Assembly (NCBI GenBank): GCA_965235115.1
Contig: OZ249436.1
Coordinates: 7,814,001-7,878,000, forward strand
DNA from: Laetmonice hystrix
Taxonomy: Eukaryota
Direction: 5' to 3'
DNA: 64,000 bases
The notes below the pieces were generated by a model. That model made no database searches, was not told the origin of the DNA, and worked only from the letters and a program-made list of their open reading frames with translations. The translations under genes and the position numbers were made by a program. Below, piece by piece: positions 1 to 9,900 of the stretch (positions are counted from its first letter, which is position 1; every line of letters starts with the position of its first letter).

Positions 1-1010
1 ACGTGTCCCGGGTCCTATGTGTCCCGGGTTCTATTAGGTTAACCTCCTTTGACTGGGAACCTGGGACACAAAGAACCTGGGGCACCTGGGGGGAGTTGCA
101 CTAACGGTCTTAGAAGCGAATTAAGTTTAGGACCAATTTGTAGCTTTCATTAAAACCCTTATGTCTAAGGCTAAAAATGTGTATTGACTGTTTTTATTAC
201 ATCGTTTGGTTAAAAGACACTATTAGAAATTAAAAAGAAAATTGTTACCTTCACCATTCCTCTTGGAGAATTATCTAAAATCTGGTCCAGTCTGCTATAG
301 GCCTATACGTAGGACCAGTCCTAACGTTAGTGCAACGCCCCCCTGGAACCCGGGACGCATAGAACCTGGGAAACATAGGATCCTCTTTGATTGGGAACCC
401 GGGACACATAGAACCTGGGACACATAGAACCCGGAACACATAGAACCTGGGTGCCTGGGGCACATAGCATCCTCTTTGATTGGGAACCCGGGACACATAG
501 AACCCGGGACACATTGAAACTGGGACACATAGAACCCGGGACACATAGAACCTGGGACACATAGAACCCGGGGCACATAGAACCTGGGACACATAGAACC
601 TGGGACACATAGAACCTGGGGCACATAGCATCCTCTTTGATTGGGAACCCGGGACACATAGAACCCGGGACACATTGAACCTGGGACACATAGAACCCGG
701 GACACCTAGAACCTGGGACACATAGAACCCGGGGCACATAGAACCTGGGACACAGAGAACCTGGGACACATATAGAACCTGGGACACATAGAACCTGGGA
801 CACATAGAACCTGGGGCACATAGCATCCTCTTTGATTGGGAACCCGGGACACATAGAACCCGGGACACATAGAACCCGGGACACATTGAACCTGGGACAC
901 ATAGAACCCGGGACACATAGAACCTGGGACACATAGAACCCAGGACGTATAGACCCTGGGACACATAGAACCTGGGACACATAGAATCCGGGACGCAAAG
1001 AAGCGCTCCC
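1..1010. mobile_element. Foldback-type non-autonomous element or minisatellite with a 16-17 bp unit (GAACC[T/C]GGGACACATA); left arm runs off the window
   Basis: Units at 346-990 are on +, while 1-34 are the same units inverted (TATGTGTCCCGGGTTC), with the inversion centre near 35-55. A recurrent insert GCATCCTCTTTGATTGG gives a higher-order pattern. The arm ends at ...GGGACGCAAAGAAGCGCTCCC. Confidence 0.7.
89..342. mobile_element. PIF/Harbinger-like MITE inserted into the foldback repeat
   Basis: TIRs GGGGGAGTTGCACTAACG / CGTTAGTGCAACGCCCCC. A 3-bp CTG duplication lies at 86-88 and 343-345; CWG target duplications are typical of animal Harbingers. Confidence 0.75.
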
Positions 1011-1114
1011 ATATATACCCCCCCCCCCCCCTTCCAGTGCTTGTGAACCTAGTGTAGGCCTATTAATCAACCTTCAGAACCTGAATGTTAACATGATTGA
1101 CGACGGATTACCAG

Positions 1115-1386
1115 AACGTGTGCTCCTCGGTATGACTCATGCCCCAATGTATACCACACACCCAGGCCAAGGTGCCTTGCCTCGGCCGGCACCACCGGCC
1201 TACCTGACTGGTCTCAGCAGGCTCAAACAAAGATACCGCCCTGCTCAGGTCCCAAAGTCCGGTCCAGTATCCACTGTGGTGCACGTCAGTTGGACTCACC
1301 CACGACTGTACCGATCTGGGCGGAGTCACCAGGTCGGATCTGGGTCAGTGGTTCTCAGGCTGAGGACGCCGGGACTGATTGTCCTG
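1115..1386 (+). CDS. Possible upstream exon of the unidentified + strand gene
   Basis: GC-rich stretch open in two frames, preceded by TTACCAG and ending in a consensus donor CTG|GTAAGT at 1386/1387. The frame and connection to the exon at 1890 are uncertain. Confidence 0.3.
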
Positions 1387-1889
1387 GTAAGTGACCACGA
1401 TGATTTGAGAGTGTTGGAATCCACTGGTCTGTGTTTGGGCTGACTCAGAGTACATGAGCACTTGGGCCAGAGTACGACACCGAGAAATACCTCAGGAAGA
1501 TAAAGATCTTTATGTGTTCGGAGAGTCGTTAATTGTAAAACTGTCAGGTTGTTGAGGATTGAAGCAGGTGCGCGTGTACTAGTCTGGAAGCAGAAACATC
1601 ATGTTCCATTACTTCAAAATCATAGGGACTCGATGAAGATCCTGTAGTATTTGGGATAATATTTTGCTTTGAGCGTAAGGCATGAAAGGATATGTACGGC
1701 TTCACCATACCATTGACTTTTTAAAATGCAAATGCAAATAAATAATTCTGTTAGTAAGGGAGATAAGAACATGTAGGCCCCGAACATTGTTATCAGGTTT
1801 TTAATTTAAAGAGGCCTAAGAGGAGAGGTGAATTCTAGTTGTGGTGGCAGAGTAACCTGCTGTTATGTGAGTCACTACTGCTGTTTCAG

Positions 1890-2935
1890 ATGAAGAGTTG
1901 AAGCAGTACAGCCCGACCATCCGGCGCTGTGCTCGGGCCAACCTCAGGAGTTTCCTACTGGAGCAGCGCCAGAATGGCCCCCTGGAGGCGATCCGCCTGG
2001 AGGTGATTGAGAAATTCTCCGAGGCTTACGACCACGCCCGACATGATGCCGCCGTAAGTGAACGTTTATGGTACAGACACGTCTGAATCTGGTGTAAATA
2101 TCGGATGTTGGATTCAGGAATGAAAACTTCTGTCGTACTGCTTTCCTCCAGACCACATTGAAAAATACACCGCATATTGAGAGAAGTTTGAGTTCATTTT
2201 CGCAAAACTAATACATGTATATGGAGAATAATTGTAAAACTTCAGCTTAATTATCATTAATGAAGAGTGAACATCTTTAATTTCAACTTTCCTTTTATTT
2301 GAAATTTTATTTGTTCCCCAGGATTTCCAGGAGAAAGACTACCAGGCGTACATGGACCTACTGGCCCAGCTCAAAGAGCAGTAAGTTAGCTTACTCTCAA
2401 ACTCCAACCATTCTGGTTTTTCTATATAATATTTTGAATATTACTATACCATACTATATTATCTGTATGTACACGTGTACCCGTGAATTGAGTGTCTGTT
2501 TGATCTTACAGCATACGAAACCGGAAGAACAAGAACGATGAGAAGACAGCTGGAGAGATTAAGACCCTGGAGGGAGTGACAGGAGAAGGAGAGACACAGT
2601 CCGCGGCATCCTCAGCCCAGGAGGCGGCCGACCAGGAGCAGTTAACACCGACTACAACATCTGGGTCAACCATGAAAGCTCCGGAGAACCCCGACGTCCA
2701 GATTACATACCGGCCAGCCAGCAGAGAGCGTGCCTCCAGGGAGTGGTCTGGAGAAGGTCTACATATGATGCCTGGAGAACTGGGCGGCTCTGGGCAGCTT
2801 GACCGCAGTGATCAAAGTGACAGTGGTCAGAGAAGTATCGACCAAACTGAGCCACACATTGACCATGTTAGTCTGTACTCTCATTCAGGATCGTGTTCCA
2901 GTCGGAGCAGCTCGCACATAGAGACCCAGGTGTAA
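1890..2935 (+). CDS. 3' end of an unidentified protein-coding gene (last three coding exons)
   Basis: Exons 1890-2053, 2322-2380 and 2512-2935 have GT-AG borders and consistent phases. They give ...EELKQYSPTIRRCARANLRSFLLEQRQNGPLEAIRLEVIEKFSEAYDHARHDAA-DFQEKDYQAYMDLLAQLKEH-IRNRKNKNDEK...SSHIETQV*. This is a helical region followed by a low-complexity tail ending in a PDZ-ligand-like ETQV. The family was not recognised. Confidence 0.75.
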
Positions 2936-3945
2936 CTTGACATGGTCTCGAAAACTCGACCTTACCGTCATTTAGAACCTCCAAAATTGAGACGGCTCTA
3001 TAAATACTAGGTTTTTTTTCCAGAGATGGGAAAGAACGTTGATAGAAGCGACAACTTCTTTTGGAAGAGAAAAGATGCCAAGAACTTAATTATCGCTAAT
3101 GACAGTAAATCAGTAGTATCTGATTTACAGGTTGATTATACTGGAGCCACCAAAGTTGAAATTGAAATTGTATAATATTGGCTATTATGTAATATATTAC
3201 AAGTAATATATCTGGTGTCTACAGAGTTTCTTGCTCGTAACTAAGATGCAGTTGATGGCTGGAATGTATTGACTGAAAAACAGATTGTATATATGTATGT
3301 GTTGACTGTATATTCATTTATTCATTCATTTATCATTGATTTTGAACATAATATATTGATGACTCAGTTGAAACTAAACCACCTTTCTCTAGTTATTTTT
3401 TTCTGGGATTTTGTTTTTATTAAGCAGAGCGTGGGAACATGCTACCCTTCCAATATCACGGCCCTGTTTCAGCACAAGTGGTCACCCGTGTTTCCAGGCC
3501 AACTGATTAAATTTAAATGCTAATATTAGATAAAGTATTACAGTACTGGTCCCAATGGTATATATAACGTGGGTAGAAGTCTGGCTCTTCACTTGGGAGT
3601 ATTTTGTGCAATTATGTATACAAATGGGCTGACCGTTTCCATTCATGTAGAATAATGGAAAGAAAGAATAGCAAGGACGAAAAGAAAAAAAGGAAACGGA
3701 GAAGAAACATTTGCTGTTTTATAAGAAAATTATGATAACAAGTGAAGAAGGAACAAGTAAGATGATTTTATACATAGCGCTCATATTTATTCAAGTTTAA
3801 ACTATTCGAAGAACATTTGTTGTTGGCAAATAGTTTTAAAGAAACTGTCCGCTGTAACTGTTGGTTAGACATGGCGCTGTAGATGTCTATTAGTCACCCT
3901 GCCACATGTAACTGTTGTTGTATCAGGCACTCAGGTGTCCCCGAG

Positions 3946-4385
3946 ACCGTCATGTACACGTACCACAGTACACAGGGACTGATACATAAACCACCTCAAT
4001 CATTGCTACATCACAGATCACCGTCATGTACACGTACCACAGTACACAGGGACTGTTACATACACCACCTCAATCATTGCTACATCACAGATCACCGTCA
4101 TGTACACGTACCACAGTACACAGGGACTGTTACATACACCACCTCAATCATTGATACATCACAGATCACCGTCATGTACACGTACCACAGTACACAGGGA
4201 CTGTACATAAACCACCTCAATCATTGCTACATCACAGATCACCGTCATGTACACGTACCACAGTACACAGGGACTGTTACATAAACCACCTCAAAAATTG
4301 CTACATCACAGATCACCGTCATGTACACGTACCACAGTACACAGGGACTGTTACATAAACCACCTCAATCATTGCTACATCAGAT
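3946..4385. repeat. Tandem repeat, 74 bp unit, about 6 copies
   Basis: ACCGTCATGTACACGTACCACAGTACACAGGGACTG...CATCACAGATC recurs at 3946, 4020, 4094, 4168, 4241 and 4315. Confidence 0.95.
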
Positions 4386-4642
4386 ATCAACACAGACACA
4401 GTCCTCGCCACCTGAGTGATCATGAGACATGAAGAACACAAGCAGACCGTGATCACATGTCACGGCACAATAATTATTCTAAGTCGTGCGTGCAATAGAA
4501 TCACAATGAAAATATCACCACAAATTAAGTTTAGTAGAAAGATCACAGCATGCCACATTCAAATTGTTTTCTGATAATCTCTTCTACTATTCACCTGTTA
4601 TGTCAGACCCAGTCCGAATCGACAGGTAATATGACTAGCCAG

Positions 4643-4699
4643 GGACTCGTTTCACTAAAACTGTACGAGCGAAAATTCGAGTGTTTAGTGAAACGGTCC
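4643..4699. mobile_element. 57 bp Harbinger-like mini-MITE
   Basis: TIRs GGACTCGTTTCACTAAA / TTTAGTGAAACGGTCC, flanked by CAG on both sides (4640-4642, 4700-4702). Confidence 0.6.
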
Positions 4700-5515
4700 C
4701 AGACTCTGAACCATGTTTGATATTAATATCTGACTGTCAGAACCAGTGTATATCTTTAGGGATGTCCATGCAGTCGCCTACAATTTGCCGTTAAGATCTA
4801 CTTACCACAGATATGAGCGTCACGCCTAATTTATTGGATAGTAACTTATTAACCGGAGTCTTCTAATTACCTTACCTATACTAAAGAAAGTAACCTGCCT
4901 GTGTATTACAACGATACACATGAGGGTCTATCATCGCCAAGTACATGTGTACCGAAATCGTCACGATTACCCGCCCAGTGGAGCGGCGTGCAAGCCGTGA
5001 TGTATAGTGGGCGTGAGGTGGTATATTCCTGACCTTATATGGAAAGGGAACATGTTCTCTGGTCAAAGCTTATTATCTAAAAATCCCTCTTGTAATAGTC
5101 TGCACCTTGCGGTAAACATAAATACATAATCCTGTTAGCCCGACTTTGCCATATCGCTTGGCTCTCAGCTATGGGGAAAGTAATGTGTAGAATTAAGAAA
5201 AATACCTTTCGAAAAATGCACCTATTGCTTTTAAATCAACACTATGTTATAAACATATACATATACAGGTAATTAAAATGCAAGGTGAAAACTTTGTTCT
5301 ACCCGTGTAGTCGTAATCGTTATAAAATATACAATGTAAGTGTAATTTGAAGTCGTATCAGGGAAACTTAACGTCGCTGTAGAACCGTAAAATTGAACAG
5401 AAGAAAATCTGCTAAAACGCGTGCAGGTCATCCACAAGTTTGCATGCAGTTATACCCCTACCGATGTCTGATCTGTCTGTCTGTAGGAGTCACATACGAT
5501 CTCTGTCCTGGAGGA

Positions 5516-6460
5516 TCAGCTTTGTTTAGGGTGTTCCGCTCCGGATATTTTCCCGCCATTCGCCTCCCGTTGACGCCGGGCGTCTGCCTTGGCCTGCGCC
5601 GCCTCCTCCTCCCACTGGAGCAGGGCCTTGGGTTTGTGGCCCGCAGCCATCTGTCCGGGACAGTAGGAACCGAAGATCATGTCCCAGTAGTTAAAGAATG
5701 GCGCGAAGTTAGTGAGTGGTTTCTGGTGGTGCATGTCGTGTTTGATAGAGCCGCCCCATAGGAAGAACCAGCGGTGTGGGAGGCCGGGGAAGTCGTAGCC
5801 GATGTGGGCCTCCACGGAGACCATGATGGAGAACTGTTGGAAGGCCCACTGTGTCAGTGGATGACATGTGAAAAACCAGGGAGAGGTGGTGGTGAAAAGA
5901 CCGACAGAGATGAGCTCCCAGGGGTGGAGGTACTGGGTAACCCACGAGTGTGGCGCGTGGTACTGGTGGTGGATGGCATGCACGTTACGGTACAGGAATC
6001 GGATTTTGTGGTGCATGGCGTGCCAGATGAAGTATTCCATGTCGAAGATGGCCAAGGCGCTCATGCACTGCCAGCACAGCTCCCAAACTTCAGGTGCCTT
6101 CGGAGGTAGGTACGTGTGCGGCGTCCATACCCACTGAGCCATCGAGACCGGGAGGATGAAGACAAGATGATTCCACAGCGTCAGAAAGATTGCCTTACGG
6201 ACCGACGGCCAGGTAACTTCTTTGTCTGGCTGAATCTTGAATCGCTGCACCATGGGCAAGTTTTTCCCAAAGATGTCGAGCAAAGTGAATGGAACCATGC
6301 ACATGAAGTAAAAGACCACGGAGATAAATATCGGAAAGAGTGGCGATCCGACATAATCTTCGTAGCCGATTCTCAAGTCCCACAGCGGCTGCAGCAAACG
6401 AAAGTCGTTGTCTGCATCGTGGTAGGCACTATCGTTCCTCACTAATGTCAGTGTGTCCAT
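5516..6460 (-). CDS. CH25H: Cholesterol 25-hydroxylase-like protein (fatty acid hydroxylase/sterol desaturase superfamily), intronless, 314 aa
   Basis: Complete ORF with the di-iron His boxes WHAMHH, HAIHH and HDMHH. It also has LQPLWD, SPLFP, RFKIQP, TQYLHPWE, SVEAHIGYDFP and NFAPFFNYWD motifs characteristic of CH25H. It is single-exon, as vertebrate CH25H is. Confidence 0.9.
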   Translation of the reverse strand: MDTLTLVRNDSAYHDADNDFRLLQPLWDLRIGYEDYVGSPLFPIFISVVFYFMCMVPFTLLDIFGKNLPMVQRFKIQPDKEVTWPSVRKAIFLTLWNHLVFILPVSMAQWVWTPHTYLPPKAPEVWELCWQCMSALAIFDMEYFIWHAMHHKIRFLYRNVHAIHHQYHAPHSWVTQYLHPWELISVGLFTTTSPWFFTCHPLTQWAFQQFSIMVSVEAHIGYDFPGLPHRWFFLWGGSIKHDMHHQKPLTNFAPFFNYWDMIFGSYCPGQMAAGHKPKALLQWEEEAAQAKADARRQREANGGKISGAEHPKQS

Positions 6461-6992
6461 TTTGATCTGGTGCTTTGGGTATGTAGCTTATGTCTTGAAA
6501 TTCTGGGCTGTGTGACACCCACCGCAATATTTTAGATGACAGAATGAATTTTTGAAAGAGTGCCGCTTTATATAGGAGACCACGACTACACGTGGTGCCA
6601 TCTGTTATGTTTACACTTGACAGCCACGTGACTAGATGACCCAGGTCATAGTTCACACGAATGACCTCTCATCCAAATCTCGTTGGCTGATTCTAGCCTT
6701 TCTATCTTCAGACAATAAACTGTTGCCTATTTTGATGACATCTTCCTAGAATAATTAAAACTAATCACATTCAATGTCTACTCCACGTTGCTGTGTCTTG
6801 ATATTTAGACCAAAAGCCACATTGTTAACATTGACAGCTGATTCACGTCACGTGAGCGATAACTCGATGCCAACATGGCGGCTAACAGAGGCACCATGAA
6901 ACCATCGTGATGGAAACACATTCCATGTGATGGTTTAATCAGATAGTATGGCGTAATTCAAGGCTGTTTTCAGCCTGGAAAACTAAGTAAGC
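6461..6992. promoter_or_regulatory. Bidirectional promoter region between CH25H-like and SMG5
   Basis: 532 bp between divergent ATGs. Minus-strand TATATAAA at 6567-6574; CACGTG E-boxes near 6590, 6625 and 6849; nuclear-receptor half-sites at 6637-6667; YY1-like CAACATGGCGGC at 6871-6882. Confidence 0.7.
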
Positions 6993-9900
6993 ATGAAGAG
7001 AGGATCTACTAAACAAGTAGAGGCAAAGCCAGAGGCAGACAAGGCGAAGCGAGTGTACAGGTACGTGTTTGAACTCGTGCCGTGGGTTCGCTTCGTCCCG
7101 TCCGGTAGTTACCAAGCAAGGCAAGGGTCGGGATGGAGGCCGCCAAGACGACGTCTGCACTGCTCCCCAGTGTTTTCTTTTATAATGTTGTAGCCCTATT
7201 GCATGTTATGTTCCCCATAAATTACGCCCACTGAATGCTAATCTATTGTAAACAACTGTCACATTGGTAACATATAAGAGTAAACTAAACCCCGCCTTCC
7301 CCTGGCCTGGCCTGGCCCTAGGCTAGAGCAGAGGCTAGACGGGTATCGAACTCGGAATTGGTGCCTGCCTGCGATTCCGATTGGGTACGACAGCCGCATC
7401 ATGCTGTTCTCGCACGGCCTTGCCAGTCAGGAGCCAGCGCTCAAATTAACCAACTAGGCCAGGGTAGATCTATATTCACATAATAAACCGGGCGTCACAA
7501 CCCCCTGCTGATAACTCGCATAAAATATGGTCAAGTCTAAGATCAAGACAGTCGGACAGAGAAAAACCAGAGGCTTGATGTACCTATATAATGATATTGT
7601 AAAGAGGTCCGAAATAAATGTTCCAGCCTTGAAAATAATGTTGATTGGCCCGTAGTCAAGCCACAGGCAGTCTCCAAAGTGAATAGTTATGCATTGTAGA
7701 GGGGGCGTGGCACCAAGTGACACTGTTGGAAGTTATGCCATTTCCTTTCAAGACAATGGCTTCTACCCAAATTTTTTATATTTTGCATTTAACTATAGAA
7801 TGCCTCACAAAAGATTCAAAATCTGTTCGAAAGTGTGATTTTTCCAATTGTGCCCCTTTAAAGCGACGGTCTCGTCCTTCAGCATTGTGCAATAGGCGTC
7901 CCCCCTAACGGTTGATGTATTATTTATAGACATCAGTTCCTATGCTACAGCAAGACTGTCGCTTTAAGCGTGGAAGCCACTGACACACTGTCAGAGCTTC
8001 AATAACTTATTGAAAGTAGTCTCGTTATGATTACAGTTCATCCTGACCTACTGCTACTGAAATAAATCTGCATGTTGTCAAATCTTTTATTTTAGGGCAA
8101 CACTAGACACGATCAGAAGGCTTGATGACATCACAAAGCAGAAGAAAGCCTACCGTGATGTCTTTCTGCCAGAAGCAATCAATCTCAGAAACAAGTCAGT
8201 CTAAGTACTTTTTATATTTGGTAAAACATGTTGTGGTTCGCTGATAGTTTATCATAGGAGTATGTCATGTCCATGTTCATATTTATGATATTTATGAGAA
8301 GTTTCATGTTTTGTTTTTTTAAACAATCAGAGAATCAATGAACTTAACAGGAATTGAATTCATAAGACTTTGCTTTATTCTTTCTAGGCTATGTGACTAC
8401 TGTGAGCGACTCATGTTTTACGATCCTCTTGAGTATGGTCGAAAAGCAGAGGAGTTGCTGTGGCGCAAGGTTTACTATGACATCATACAGCTCATGAAAC
8501 ACAACAGGAAGGTACAAAAAATATTTGGAATCTAATTAGATGTTGATACAAATTTTACTGTAAACTGCCATCCTATATCATAACATTTAAGCCTAATACA
8601 TTTTTAGTGTACTAGTGTCAGGGATTTAGCTGACTGGATAGATTGGGCATTGGGGAGCCTATTTATAGGTTTTTGAAAATGGATTTTGTTTCTGTTTTCT
8701 AGCAAATGAAACCCAGTGGCTCACTGGAATCTGCTTTTCGCACCCACCTGGTGTCTGCTATGGGTTACTACCATCATTTACTCTTCAAGCTGCAACAAGA
8801 GTACAATATTCATATGGATGGCATCGTTGACTTCTTCCTCGTGCCAGAGCCTCGCGCTCACAAGAAACCCTACAATCCCAAGAAGGGTGACCTTGACCCA
8901 CGAATCATTGACTGGGCCCTAAGGGCTTGTCATAGATGTCTCCTTTACCTTGGTGACTTGGGTAGGTTTGGAATTAATATATGAAAATTGATATTTGGAA
9001 AGAGAAATGGAAGAGCACTAGCATGTTGAAATAGTATCATAACTATGAAAAGATTTTTTTTTGAACATTCTGAAATATAATTAGTGCCTCACGAATGATA
9101 GAAGTTGATAATGTTGCTTGCAGCTCGCTACCAGCAGGACTATGATGAAATTGGCAGTTGTGTTCTCTCTCAGCGATACTACTACCAAGCCTTGACTCTC
9201 TACCCTGACATGGGTAAAGCCAACACCTCACTAGCATCAATCGATCATGTCATGTCTTTAGAATTTGCAATACTTCTTCGTACCAGTACTTTAATTTGTT
9301 TTCATAATTTTTTAAGGACAAGGTAATCTAAAAGCTTTTTCGTTTGATTAATAAGTTTTGTATTGAAGCATGGTTTAAGTTTTGCAGAAATTGATTATAC
9401 TATCATGTACCTGCTGTGGATATCAGGAGTAATTTTACGAAGCAAAGTGATGTTTGTTGACAGGAATGCCACACAACCAGCTGGGAACATTGGCTGGGTC
9501 TCGCTACTACAACATTGATGCAGCATACCACTACCTCCGCTGGTCAGTCAGAACAATAATGATACACATGGGAATTGATCAACTTTATGCTATAGCTGTG
9601 CAGCTTTCGGAGTTTTATGGTCAACTATAGATAGATTTTGTCATGCTCTTGACAGGTAGCATTAATTAATGTTTTCTTTTGTCTTCCAGCCTAACTTGCC
9701 AAAGTCCGTTTGAAGGTGCACAGGGGAATTTGGCAAGATTGTTAGAGAAGAATCGGCGGCGCCACCTAGAGTTGACCCAGTTATCCACACGTGACCCACC
9801 ACCAGATCAGCAACGACATGGCAGCAAAAGGTACATTTATAACCCATTTTTACAGTGTTAAAGGGTGCTAGTAGCGTTCAGTGATGGATTATCAAATTTA

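Noticed and set aside
275..1070. Long minus-strand ORFs (245 and 247 aa) rich in VLCVPGSMCP
   Set aside because: Translations of the 16 bp tandem repeat, open in several frames, with no domain.
5393..6445. Plus-strand ORFs overlapping CH25H-like
   Set aside because: Antisense shadows of a GC-rich coding sequence.
7300..7467. Minus-strand Pol III box A (TGGCCTAGTTGG) and box B (GAGTTCGATACC) resembling a tRNA or SINE
   Set aside because: Boxes are about 95 nt apart with no cloverleaf; the CCCTGGCC/GGCCAGGG ends suggest a small TIR remnant instead.
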